The notes under the pieces were generated by a model. That model saw only the letters and a program-made list of their open reading frames with translations, did no database searches and was not told where the DNA came from. Below, one piece after another: positions 1 through 8,742 of a stretch of DNA of 64,000 bases; the stretch's first letter is position 1; each line of letters starts with the position of its first letter. The translations under genes and the position numbers were made by a program. The DNA is from Clostridia bacterium. GTDB lineage: Bacteria; Bacillota; Clostridia; Saccharofermentanales; UBA5734. The stretch covers positions 170,094 to 234,093 of the forward strand of contig JAXGXQ010000002.1 of assembly GCA_040772685.1 (NCBI GenBank), written 5' to 3'.

Positions 1-59
1 CTCAAAAGTACGCTTCAGCTGAAGGCATCTATCCTGCACTTAATTGGGACAAACGCTGA
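1..59 (+). CDS. 3' end of a gene entering from the left edge (reads ...QKYASAEGIYPALNWDKR*); by position probably the solute-binding protein of the ABC operon that follows
   Basis: Open frame from the window edge to TGA 57-59. It ends ...NW.., like the SBP at 12870-14108 (...SIVNW*), and is followed by the same kind of hairpin before the first permease gene. Confidence 0.3.
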   Translation, partial: QKYASAEGIYPALNWDKR

Positions 60-100
60 CTATACAAAACTGACTGATTTTCGAACTGACCTTATTGGCA

Positions 101-131
101 GAGGGGTTCAGCGGCTGATGCTGAACCCCTC
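101..131 (+). promoter_or_regulatory. Perfect 12-bp intercistronic stem-loop GAGGGGTTCAGC-N7-GCTGAACCCCTC, no T-tract
   Basis: Read directly. It lies between the upstream stop and the first permease start; an analogous hairpin sits at 14138-14169. Confidence 0.6.
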
Positions 132-179
132 GCCTGCATAAGGCTGAACGAATATCTGGATGCTTAAGGAGTTAAGATC

Positions 180-1031
180 ATGCTAGTCCAGGTTCTGTTT
201 GAAGGATTGGCGATGGGAGCAGTATATGCACTGATCGCCATGGGTATCGCACTCGTTTGGGGCGTAATGAATATCCTGAGTTTTTCTCAGGGCGAATTCA
301 TGATGCTTTCCATGTACTTAACATTTTTATTGAACACGAAACTAGGTCTCGACCCCATTTTGTCTATACCTATCGTAATGGCTGTCATGTTCCTCTTTGG
401 TATGTTTATTTATCGTCTGTTGATCAGCCGCGCTTTACGCGGGCCAATTCTCTCGCAACGCTTAGTAACTTTTGCTTTAGGTATGGTGCTAATTAACACA
501 ATGCTTATGGGAGTAGGAGGACAGTACTGGAAGGTTCAGAATCTCATGTTTGAAGGGTCACTAGACCTTGGATTTGTTACCCTTAGCAAACAGAAGCTAG
601 TTCCAATAGTTGTATCTCTGGTTGTTACCGCTATCTTGTTTTTGTTCATGAACAAAACTAGAACTGGTAAATCAATCAGTGCGACTTCTCAAGATAAAGG
701 AGCAGCGGCCTTGATGGGTATTAATACCGAGAGAGCCTATATGATTGCTTTCGGTATATCGTCTGCAATTGCTGGTGCTGCCGGTTGTGCTCTTACTTAC
801 TACTACTATATTTCACCATCTGTTGGCGCTCCGTTTCTCATCTTCGGTTTTATCGCTGTCTGCCTCGGTGGTTTTGGCAGTATCTTCGGTGCGTTTGTTG
901 GCGGTGTCATCATGGGCCTGGTGGATCTATTTACCGGTACATATCTCAGCGTGTCATACAAATACCTCGCCGTAATGCTGATCTTCATGTTGATCGTGTC
1001 CTTCAAGCCTAAAGGGCTCTTCGGGAGGTAA
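180..1031 (+). CDS. LivH-like branched-chain/HAAT-family ABC transporter permease (set 1)
   Basis: 283-aa polytopic ORF with AAGGAG RBS 8 nt upstream. Paralogous to 14199-15065 and first of a permease-permease-ATPase-ATPase series. Confidence 0.9.
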   Translation: MLVQVLFEGLAMGAVYALIAMGIALVWGVMNILSFSQGEFMMLSMYLTFLLNTKLGLDPILSIPIVMAVMFLFGMFIYRLLISRALRGPILSQRLVTFALGMVLINTMLMGVGGQYWKVQNLMFEGSLDLGFVTLSKQKLVPIVVSLVVTAILFLFMNKTRTGKSISATSQDKGAAALMGINTERAYMIAFGISSAIAGAAGCALTYYYYISPSVGAPFLIFGFIAVCLGGFGSIFGAFVGGVIMGLVDLFTGTYLSVSYKYLAVMLIFMLIVSFKPKGLFGR

Positions 1032-1035
1032 ACAG

Positions 1036-2082
1036 ATGGAATTGAAAACATCTCTAAAACGCAATCGAACCTTTGTGATAGAGTTTGTCATAATCATGGG
1101 CATACTGATTATTGTGCCTATGTTTATGTCCCGCCCGTTCCAAATAAATGTTCTTATTCTTTCTGCTATCTGGGCAATTATGGGAATCGGTTGGAACTTC
1201 ATTGGTGGCTATACGGGGCAGGTTTCCAACGGCCATGCCATGTTTTACGCTATCGGGGCCTATGTCAGCGCCCTTGCTCTTAAGTGGTTTCAGATTTCAC
1301 CCTGGATCTCAATGTGGCTTGGTGTTGTAATTTCGATGGCCGTAGCCTTCATAATTGGACTGCCACTATTCCGACTGCGTGGGCACTACTTCGCGATTGC
1401 CACAATGGCTCTGGTTGAAAGTACCCGGGTTATCTTTTTGAACTGGGAATGGATTGGTGGTTCTACAGGAGTCAGCTTTTTTGAAAGGGATATGCCGCAA
1501 TGGTACACAATGCAGTTCGTGGAAAAGAAACCCTCCTACTACATCGCACTTGGCTTTATGGCGGCATTCATTTTGTTGACCAAGGCTATGGAAAAATCCA
1601 AATACGGCTATTATTTTCGGGCAATTAAAGCCAATCAGGATTCTGCCGAAAGCTCAGGCGTTAACGCTGCCCGTTATAAGTTGATCGCCTACATGATTAG
1701 TGCCGGTATTGTCAGCATAGGCGGTGCGCTTTACGCACAGTATATTCAGTACATCGACCCCGCCGTGCTTCTTCCATTAAGCAATTCGATGCTTATTGTT
1801 CTTGTATGCGTTATGGGTGGTATCGGAACTGTGTGGGGCCCCGTACTTGGCGCTTTCCTTATGACAGCTATTAATGAGTATACCCGGGCGTATTTTGCTA
1901 GATTCAGCGGTCTGAACCTTGTGATTTATGGCGTCCTTGTCATTCTAATCGTTCTTTTTATACCTAACGGCTTAATCTCTTTTGTAAATAAGGAGAAGAT
2001 AGAAAATTTCATGGCTCGTTTTCGTAAAAACAGACTGAAGACCGAAATGGCTTCCCCGAGTCAGAGAGATAGGGAGGACTAG
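1036..2082 (+). CDS. LivM-like HAAT ABC permease (set 1)
   Basis: 348-aa membrane ORF with GGGAGG RBS; family blocks GYTGQVSNGHAMFYAIGAY and LRGHYFAIATMAL. Confidence 0.9.
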   Translation: MELKTSLKRNRTFVIEFVIIMGILIIVPMFMSRPFQINVLILSAIWAIMGIGWNFIGGYTGQVSNGHAMFYAIGAYVSALALKWFQISPWISMWLGVVISMAVAFIIGLPLFRLRGHYFAIATMALVESTRVIFLNWEWIGGSTGVSFFERDMPQWYTMQFVEKKPSYYIALGFMAAFILLTKAMEKSKYGYYFRAIKANQDSAESSGVNAARYKLIAYMISAGIVSIGGALYAQYIQYIDPAVLLPLSNSMLIVLVCVMGGIGTVWGPVLGAFLMTAINEYTRAYFARFSGLNLVIYGVLVILIVLFIPNGLISFVNKEKIENFMARFRKNRLKTEMASPSQRDRED

Positions 2083-2085
2083 AGC

Positions 2086-2817
2086 ATGAGTAATCTGCTT
2101 GAAATCAAAAACGCCAGCAAATACTATGGAGGTTTAAAAGCAAATCATGATATATCCTTTGAGGTTGAAACCGGATCTATTGTCGGTGTAGTCGGACCAA
2201 ATGGAGCAGGTAAAACAACTTTGTTCAACTCAATCAGCTGTTCACATCCGCTTACATCTGGCCAGATTATATTTGATGGTAAGGATATTACCGGCATGAA
2301 GCCATATCAGGTTTGTAAACTTGGTATGGGCCGCACCTTTCAGATTCCCCAGGCGCTTGAGGATATGACTCTGTTGGAAAATATTATCGTCGGCGCTCTC
2401 GTCCACCGCAATAGCGTTTCAGATGCCGAAGCTCACGCACTGGAAGTTTCTGAATTCTGTGAATTGTCCGACTTCAACCATATGCTCGCCAAAAATCTCA
2501 ACGTTATGCAAAAGAAACGACTGGAGATTGCTCGTGCTCTCGGAGGTGACCCTAAATTACTGCTTCTTGATGAAACAATGGCCGGTTTGAATGGTATTGA
2601 ACGAATTAATGCCAATAAATTGATACGCAAAATAAACGCAAAGGGAATAACAATCCTGATGATCGAACATGTAATGGAAGTCGTGATGAACGTTTCTGAT
2701 AAAGTGGTAGTTATTGTTACAGGCAAGAAACTACTGGAGGATACGCCTAAAGTCGTATCGAGCCATCCTGATGTTATCGATGCTTACCTTGGAGGTGGAC
2801 ACAATGCTGGTAGTTAA
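2086..2817 (+). CDS. LivG-like ABC ATPase (set 1)
   Basis: Walker A GPNGAGKTT, Walker B LLLLDE, C-terminal DVIDAYLGG tail typical of LivG. Confidence 0.9.
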   Translation: MSNLLEIKNASKYYGGLKANHDISFEVETGSIVGVVGPNGAGKTTLFNSISCSHPLTSGQIIFDGKDITGMKPYQVCKLGMGRTFQIPQALEDMTLLENIIVGALVHRNSVSDAEAHALEVSEFCELSDFNHMLAKNLNVMQKKRLEIARALGGDPKLLLLDETMAGLNGIERINANKLIRKINAKGITILMIEHVMEVVMNVSDKVVVIVTGKKLLEDTPKVVSSHPDVIDAYLGGGHNAGS

Positions 2818-3511
2818 GAACCTTGTTGCTGGTTATTCGAAAATACCGGCAATCCACAATATTTCTTTCAAGGTCAACGAAGGCAAGATTGTTGCTTTGC
2901 TGGGTTCAAACGGCGCCGGCAAAACGACAGCCTTGCGTGCCATCATTGGCGCGATTCCAACCATGAGCGGAAGCATCGAATATAACGGTAATAGTATTGT
3001 TGGCTTGCCAAGTCACGATATGGTCGGAAAGGGAATCAGTATGGTGCCGGAAGGGCGACGCCTTTTTCCGAAGATGACAGTTATGGACAACTTAAAAATG
3101 GGAGCGTTTTCAATCAAAGACAAGGTGCGCATTCAGAAGAAGCTCGATGAAATCTTCGAAATATTTCCACGCCTGGCTGAACGCAAAAACCAGTTGGCTG
3201 GCACAATGTCCGGCGGCGAACAGCAGATGGTTGCGATTGGTCGTGGCTTGATGTCTTATCCTAAACTACTTATTCTTGACGAACCCAGTCTGGGCATAAT
3301 GCCAAAACTTGTCGCGGAGATTTTTGACTTCATTAAGAAAATTAATAAATCAGGCGTTACTATTCTGATCGTCGAACAGAACGCCAAGGAAACTCTGGAA
3401 TTCGCGAATTATGCCTATGTTATAGCCAACGGTGAAACCGTGATTGAAGGAACAAATATCGAATTGCTCAACAATGATCGTGTTCAAAAGATTTATCTAG
3501 GTATCGACTGA
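2804..3511 (+). CDS. LivF-like ABC ATPase (set 1)
   Basis: Walker A GSNGAGKTT, signature SGGEQQM, Walker B LLILDEPS. I moved the start to ATG 2804 (GGAGGTGG RBS, 14-nt overlap with the preceding gene) instead of the track start 2714. Confidence 0.88.
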   Translation: MLVVKNLVAGYSKIPAIHNISFKVNEGKIVALLGSNGAGKTTALRAIIGAIPTMSGSIEYNGNSIVGLPSHDMVGKGISMVPEGRRLFPKMTVMDNLKMGAFSIKDKVRIQKKLDEIFEIFPRLAERKNQLAGTMSGGEQQMVAIGRGLMSYPKLLILDEPSLGIMPKLVAEIFDFIKKINKSGVTILIVEQNAKETLEFANYAYVIANGETVIEGTNIELLNNDRVQKIYLGID

Positions 3512-3538
3512 GACGGCTGCTTCAAGGAGAACAGGAAT

Positions 3539-4543
3539 ATGAGACATAGTGAAAAAGAAATACTCGATGTGCTATCAAAAACATTGATAAAGAAAGGGCT
3601 TAATGCCTCTGACGCGCAAGACTGCGCCCAACTCCTGCTGGAAAACAGCCTCGATGGCATATACTCGCATGGTGTTAACCGCTTTCCCCGTCTGGTGTCA
3701 TACCTTGACAAAGGATACATCAAGCCGGATAAGAAGCCTGTGCTGGTGGAATCGCTGGGTGCGCTGGAAAAATGGGATGGTCAGCTGGGCATGGGCAACA
3801 CAAATGCGAAGCTAATGATGGAAAGAACGATTGAGCTTGCTCATCAATACGGCATAGGCTGCGTTGCACTGCGGAACACGAACCACTGGATGCGCGGCGG
3901 TGCCTATGGCCTGCAAGCAGCAGATGCCGGCTGTATTGGCATTTGCTGGACGAATACACAGCCGAATATGCCTGCCTGGGGTGCTAAAGATCGTAGAATT
4001 GGCAATAATCCTTTGATTATGACTGTACCTAAACCGGATGGCCACATAATGGTTGATGGGGCTATGGCACAGTTTTCATATGGTGCAATTGAAGCTGCGA
4101 AAATTGCGGGCCGTGAGCTGCCAGTGCCTGGCGGGTATGACTCTAAGGGAAACCTGACGCGCGACCCGGCCGAAATCGAAAAAACCTGGCGTGTCCTCCC
4201 AATTGGATTCTGGAAAGGCTCGGGGTTCTCTATTGCCATGGATCTGATTGCGGCTTGCCTCTCTGACGGGAACACAACCTGCAAAGTTGGCCAATTGAGT
4301 GAAGATGAATATTCACTTTCACAGGTGTTCATAGCTCTCGATGTCACAAAGGCAACACCAGGATATGCTGACCTGGTCGCCGAAACAGTAGCCGACATAC
4401 GGGCTTCAGAGCGCATTGACGAAGGGAGTCCGATCCTTTATCCGGGCGAAAAGGAATACCAGACACGTCTGGACAACCTTGCTAATGGAGTGCCAGTCGA
4501 GGATTCCGTATGGAATACAATAATTAATCTGCATAATGCTTGA
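3539..4543 (+). CDS. Ldh_2-family (malate/L-lactate dehydrogenase type 2) oxidoreductase, YiaK/DlgD-like (3-dehydro-L-gulonate 2-dehydrogenase-like), copy 1
   Basis: Blocks SHGVNRFPR, ALRNTNHWMRGG, GICWTN, WGAKDRRIGNNP and WKGSGFSIAMDLI match my recollection of E. coli YiaK. AAGGAG RBS. Confidence 0.8.
   Translation: MRHSEKEILDVLSKTLIKKGLNASDAQDCAQLLLENSLDGIYSHGVNRFPRLVSYLDKGYIKPDKKPVLVESLGALEKWDGQLGMGNTNAKLMMERTIELAHQYGIGCVALRNTNHWMRGGAYGLQAADAGCIGICWTNTQPNMPAWGAKDRRIGNNPLIMTVPKPDGHIMVDGAMAQFSYGAIEAAKIAGRELPVPGGYDSKGNLTRDPAEIEKTWRVLPIGFWKGSGFSIAMDLIAACLSDGNTTCKVGQLSEDEYSLSQVFIALDVTKATPGYADLVAETVADIRASERIDEGSPILYPGEKEYQTRLDNLANGVPVEDSVWNTIINLHNA
3541..4452 (+). repeat. Near-identical ~0.9-kb DNA repeat, partner at 18610-19521 (offset 15069)
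   Basis: By-eye alignment finds 4 substitutions across ~910 bp (3542, 3600, 3777, 4303). Identity then drops sharply from 4453 to the stop codons. The upstream sequences are unrelated. Confidence 0.85.
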
Positions 4544-4555
4544 AACAGGAAAATT

Positions 4556-5542
4556 ATGATGGATAAAAATAAACCAAAAGTATTTGTCAGCTATAAAATA
4601 ATGCCTGAAGCGGAGGCTGTTCTGCCAGAGTTCTGTGAGTACTCAAAATGGACCAGAGCAGGCACGCCGAGCGAAGACGAAATAATCACCCTTGCCTGGG
4701 GCGCGGATGCCCTGTTGGTAGATGGTGCTAATCCTATTAGCCGCAAGGTAGTTGAAGCCTTGCCGCGGTTGCGAATTGTGAGCAATGCCTCTGTTGGCTA
4801 TAACAACTTTGATCTTGCCGCAATGAAAGAACACAACATTATGGGAATGAATGTATCCGGAGCATTGGATGATTCTGTAGTCGATCTTGCCTTGGGCCTG
4901 ATCATTGCTTGCGGTCGACGCATATGTGAGCTTGACCAGCTTGTTAAAGCCGGACAGTGGCAGCTAGGTGGTGATGAAACCGAACACTTCGGCCAGGATA
5001 TCCACAATCAGACACTCGGGATTATTGGAATGGGAAGGATCGGCGAAAATCTGGCACGCCGCGCCCGTCTTGGACTCGAAATGAAAGTCCTTTATCATAA
5101 CCGAAACCGTAAGCCTGAAGCTGAAAAACGACTGAAAGTAACTTATGCCACCTTGGATGATCTGTTGGAAAGATCAGACTATGTAGTTTTAATAACTCCA
5201 GCAACTGCAGAGACAAAGCACTTAATGAATCGAGGAAACTTTGCCAGGATGAAACCAACAGCAAGCTTCATTAACGTATCACGTGGCCCTAATGTCGACG
5301 AGATTGCGCTTGCTGAGGCGTTGCAGAACAGGATCATTGCTTCGGCTGCCCTCGATGTATATCAACAAGAACCCATAAATCCGGACAGCCCCCTGCTGCG
5401 GCTGAAAAATCTTATCACCTTACCGCACATCGGTTCAGCCACTGCCGCAACACGTTTGAATATGAGCCTTACAGCCATTAATAATTTGCGTCAGGCCCTG
5501 GCGGGGGAACGTCCTGCTTTGATTGTACCGGAACTGCGCTAA
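4556..5542 (+). CDS. D-isomer-specific 2-hydroxyacid dehydrogenase (GhrB / 2-ketoaldonate / glyoxylate-hydroxypyruvate reductase-like)
   Basis: NAD fold GIIGMGRIGENLARRA, then SRG and the catalytic-His block LPHIGSAT. Confidence 0.85.
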   Translation: MMDKNKPKVFVSYKIMPEAEAVLPEFCEYSKWTRAGTPSEDEIITLAWGADALLVDGANPISRKVVEALPRLRIVSNASVGYNNFDLAAMKEHNIMGMNVSGALDDSVVDLALGLIIACGRRICELDQLVKAGQWQLGGDETEHFGQDIHNQTLGIIGMGRIGENLARRARLGLEMKVLYHNRNRKPEAEKRLKVTYATLDDLLERSDYVVLITPATAETKHLMNRGNFARMKPTASFINVSRGPNVDEIALAEALQNRIIASAALDVYQQEPINPDSPLLRLKNLITLPHIGSATAATRLNMSLTAINNLRQALAGERPALIVPELR

Positions 5543-5755
5543 TGCTGCATTTGAAGGTTTCTACAACAAATTAGCAAACAATATCTTTATTAAAACATTT
5601 CGGTCTCCCTCCATCAGAAAATAATGTCCCGATTTGTTGGTCTGGGCATTGTTTCTGCATGAACACACTCAAATTAGTGTTGTCAGGCAATTGCCGGTTA
5701 AAAGACCAGAGATGGTTTAAATTTGCCGTATTCACGGAAAAAAGGAAAAAGAGCT

Positions 5756-6517
5756 ATGATAAAGGAAATATCACTATCAGGTAAAACCGCGCTTATCACA
5801 GGTGGTGCCACTGGAATAGGGTTCGCGATTGCTTCTGAGATGATCGACGCCGGAGCTCATGTAATCATTGTCGGAAGGCGTGAAGCTGTACTTCAGGAAG
5901 CTGCAGAAAAACTCGGTTCAGCCTGCACTTGGCTGTCATTTGACATCACAAATTCAGAGGGGATCCCCGGTTACATCGCCGAAATTGAAGCAAAAACAGC
6001 GATAGATATTTTAGTCAATAATGCCGGCATCAACAACAAAAAAGATTATCTAGACTTCACGGCTACGGAATTCGACAGTATTGTAGCGACACAGGCAAAG
6101 GCGCCTTTTATGCTATCGCAAGCGGTAGCGCTCTATATGAAAGCCAGGGGCAAGGGCTGTATCATCCTGATTTCTTCGCTGGCAGCGATCCTCGGCATGC
6201 ACAACATCCAGGCTTACACTGTATGCAAAGCAGGCATAGTCGGCTTAGCGCGAAGCCTGTCACTTGATCTCGCACCACATGGCATCCGGGTCAACAGTCT
6301 TAACCCGGGCTTCGTCTATACTGACATGCTGCGTACAACCAACATTAAGACTCCCGAACGTCTTGAAGAAATATCTGGCCGTACGCCCCTGCGTGGTTTT
6401 ACCGAACCAAAAGACCTTGGTATGGCCGCGGCCTTCCTGGCTTCGGATGCTGCCCGTTTCATAACCGGTATTGACTTGGTTGTCGATGGCGGCATAAGCT
6501 CCTCGTTTTTAATCTAA
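5756..6517 (+). CDS. SDR-family oxidoreductase (gluconate 5-dehydrogenase / KduD-like)
   Basis: TGGATGIGFAIA cofactor motif, NNAG, catalytic YTVCKAG (YxxxK). Start set at ATG 5756 rather than the TTG at 5723. Confidence 0.85.
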   Translation: MIKEISLSGKTALITGGATGIGFAIASEMIDAGAHVIIVGRREAVLQEAAEKLGSACTWLSFDITNSEGIPGYIAEIEAKTAIDILVNNAGINNKKDYLDFTATEFDSIVATQAKAPFMLSQAVALYMKARGKGCIILISSLAAILGMHNIQAYTVCKAGIVGLARSLSLDLAPHGIRVNSLNPGFVYTDMLRTTNIKTPERLEEISGRTPLRGFTEPKDLGMAAAFLASDAARFITGIDLVVDGGISSSFLI

Positions 6518-6749
6518 GAATACTCTGCATAAACAGCAAAATACTGTATTTATCACTTTTTATCTTGTTTAACAAATGTTTATGAAGACAGCAAGTTACA
6601 AAACGAAAAAATTACGGTTATTAATAGAAAAACCAAAAAATGTAGGTAAATAAGGAAAAATAGTAGTAATAAATATGGATAATTATATAATAAAACATAA
6701 TAACGACTTCAGCCCAAAGCTTAGATTTAACACATTGGTGGTGAGATGA

Positions 6750-7205
6750 GTGTTGGATTTGATTGACATCAAAATTCTAAAGTGTTTGGAAAAGAATTCT
6801 CGGATTAACGCTTCAATAATTGGCGAACAGATCAATATGTCCGTTTCAGCAGTCATTGAACGGATCAGAAAAATGGAGACTTCAGGTGTTATTCGCAAAT
6901 ACACAATCGTGCTGGATAACAAAAAAATCAATAAGGATGTATCAGCTTATATTTCGGTCCGGTTGGACCATCCAAGGCACAATGATGATTTCGTGAAAGC
7001 GGTCGGGGGTATTCTTGAAGTAGTTGAATGCCACTATATCGCAGGCGATTATGACTTCCTTTTGAAAGTTATAACCGAGTCGACCGGCACACTGACGGAT
7101 TTATTGAACAAAATCAAATCGCTGGTAGGAGTGTCGTTAACCCGTACAGTTGTTGTTTTAAGTACTACTAAAGATGGGCAGATCGTTCTTCCGGATATCA
7201 AATAA
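6750..7205 (+). CDS. Lrp/AsnC-family transcriptional regulator
   Basis: N-terminal HTH LDLIDIKILKCLEKNSRINASIIGEQINMSVSAVIERIRKME plus a C-terminal RAM-like domain, 151 aa; GTG start. Confidence 0.85.
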   Translation: MLDLIDIKILKCLEKNSRINASIIGEQINMSVSAVIERIRKMETSGVIRKYTIVLDNKKINKDVSAYISVRLDHPRHNDDFVKAVGGILEVVECHYIAGDYDFLLKVITESTGTLTDLLNKIKSLVGVSLTRTVVVLSTTKDGQIVLPDIK

Positions 7206-7272
7206 TATTTTCTGGCAACACAAAAAATTAACACTCAAGTTTAAAAAATGAGCTGAATAACAGGAGGATCTT

Positions 7273-8445
7273 ATGATTATCGGCATTCCCAAGGAAATTA
7301 TGGCTGGCGAACAAAGAGTGGCAGGCACACCCGAGACGGTCCAAAAGATGATCGCGGATGGTAATACTGTCCTGGTAGAACAAAACGCGGGGGCGGGCGC
7401 TTTCTTTAGTGATGAGATGTACAGTGCAGCCGGAGCTGTGGTTATTTCCGATCCTGCCGATTTATTCCAGAGGGCAGAGGTTATTCTTAAGGTCAAGGAA
7501 CCACAGTTCAACCAACAGAAAAACCTGCACGAAGTGGACATGATGCACGCGGGGCAGTATCTAATAACCTTTATCCATCCAGCCACTCCTTCTAATCATA
7601 AAATGGTAAGGGATATGGCTCAAAAGGGCGTAATCTCCCTGACTCTGGATGGAGTGCCGCGTATCTCACGCGCTCAGAACATGGACGCTCTCACTTCGAT
7701 GAGCACCTGCGCCGGCTACAAGGGGATGCTGATGGCAGCCCAGGAAATGAGAAAATTCGTTCCGCAGATTTTTTGTGCTGTTGGCGCGATAAAACCAGCC
7801 AAGGCTCTGATTGTCGGAGCTGGTGTTGGCGGATTGCAAGCTATCGCGACCGCGAAGCGGCTGGGGGCAGTCTGCTATGCTCTAGATATTCGTCCAGCGG
7901 CAGTAGAACAAGCACAGTCTTTAGGCGCGAAGATTGTGGAAAGCAATATACCTGAAGAAGCTGCTGTTGGCCCCGGCGGTTATGCGAAACAATTGAACGA
8001 TGAATTGCTGGAAGCTGAGCGTGATGTCTTGCGCAAGGTTCTACCGGACATGGATATAGTCTTCTTGTCAGCACTGGTACCTGGACGTGTGGCGCCTGTT
8101 CTGATCACGGAGGATATGGTCGCATTGATGAAACCGGGTTCTGCCATGGTTGATATTTCAATTGATCAGGGTGGTAACTGTGCCGCTACTGTACCGGCAG
8201 AAACTGTTATGCAGGACGGCGTATCAATTTGCGGAATCAAAAACATTCCAGGTATGCTGCCAACCAGCGCGACCTGGATGTTCGCTTTGAATGTTTATAA
8301 TCTACTGAAATATCTGTCGCCGAATGGTGAAATAGTGCTTGATGAAAGCGATGAGATTGTACAGGGGATTCTTACAACTAAGAATGGCCAGGTTGTACAT
8401 CAAGGTGCTTTGGATGCAATGTCGAATTTGGCATATAGGAGGTAA
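7273..8445 (+). CDS. pntAA: NAD(P) transhydrogenase subunit alpha part 1
   Basis: AlaDH/PNT N- and C-domains, Rossmann GAGVGGLQAIATAKRLGA, AGGAGG RBS. Followed by the small membrane part and the beta subunit. Confidence 0.9.
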   Translation: MIIGIPKEIMAGEQRVAGTPETVQKMIADGNTVLVEQNAGAGAFFSDEMYSAAGAVVISDPADLFQRAEVILKVKEPQFNQQKNLHEVDMMHAGQYLITFIHPATPSNHKMVRDMAQKGVISLTLDGVPRISRAQNMDALTSMSTCAGYKGMLMAAQEMRKFVPQIFCAVGAIKPAKALIVGAGVGGLQAIATAKRLGAVCYALDIRPAAVEQAQSLGAKIVESNIPEEAAVGPGGYAKQLNDELLEAERDVLRKVLPDMDIVFLSALVPGRVAPVLITEDMVALMKPGSAMVDISIDQGGNCAATVPAETVMQDGVSICGIKNIPGMLPTSATWMFALNVYNLLKYLSPNGEIVLDESDEIVQGILTTKNGQVVHQGALDAMSNLAYRR

Positions 8446-8448
8446 TAT

Positions 8449-8742
8449 ATGAGTCCTCTACTTTTAGTATTGATTTTTATTGTCGCTACTCTTGTCGGCT
8501 ATAAGTTAATCAGCAATGTGCCTAGTTTGTTGCATACTCCACTGATGTCAGGCATGAACGCGTTGTCAGGCATCACAATTCTGGGAGCGCTTGCAGCAAC
8601 TGGGACTGCGGTTGCCACAGGAAGTCGGGTATTTGGCTATATGGCGATTATTCTCGCAATGCTGAACATTGCTGGCGGCTTTGGCGTAACCCATCGTATG
8701 CTGAAAATGTTTGTTCATAAGGAGCATGAGAGTAATGAATGA
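8449..8742 (+). CDS. pntAB: NAD(P) transhydrogenase subunit alpha part 2 (membrane)
   Basis: 97-aa, 3-TM protein with blocks LHTPLMSGMNALSGI and GGFGVTHRML; sits between pntAA and pntB. Confidence 0.88.
   Translation: MSPLLLVLIFIVATLVGYKLISNVPSLLHTPLMSGMNALSGITILGALAATGTAVATGSRVFGYMAIILAMLNIAGGFGVTHRMLKMFVHKEHESNE

Noticed and set aside
2714-2803. N-terminal extensions offered by the ORF track (2714, 5723, 8711, 11425, 12864, 19635, 39201, 39223, 42602, 47255, 48846, 51255, 52164, 53063, 57920, 60783)
   Set aside because: In each case an internal ATG/GTG lies 5-12 nt downstream of a GGAGG-like RBS and matches the usual family N-terminus. The extensions overlap upstream genes or start at weak TTG/GTG codons.
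3904-4416. 170-aa antisense ORF inside the YiaK-like gene, with an identical twin at 18973-19485 and several 60-80-aa companions
   Set aside because: Shadow ORFs on the opposite strand of a well-supported gene. They are duplicated only because the underlying DNA is duplicated. No RBS, and the composition is Arg/Ser/Pro-rich junk.
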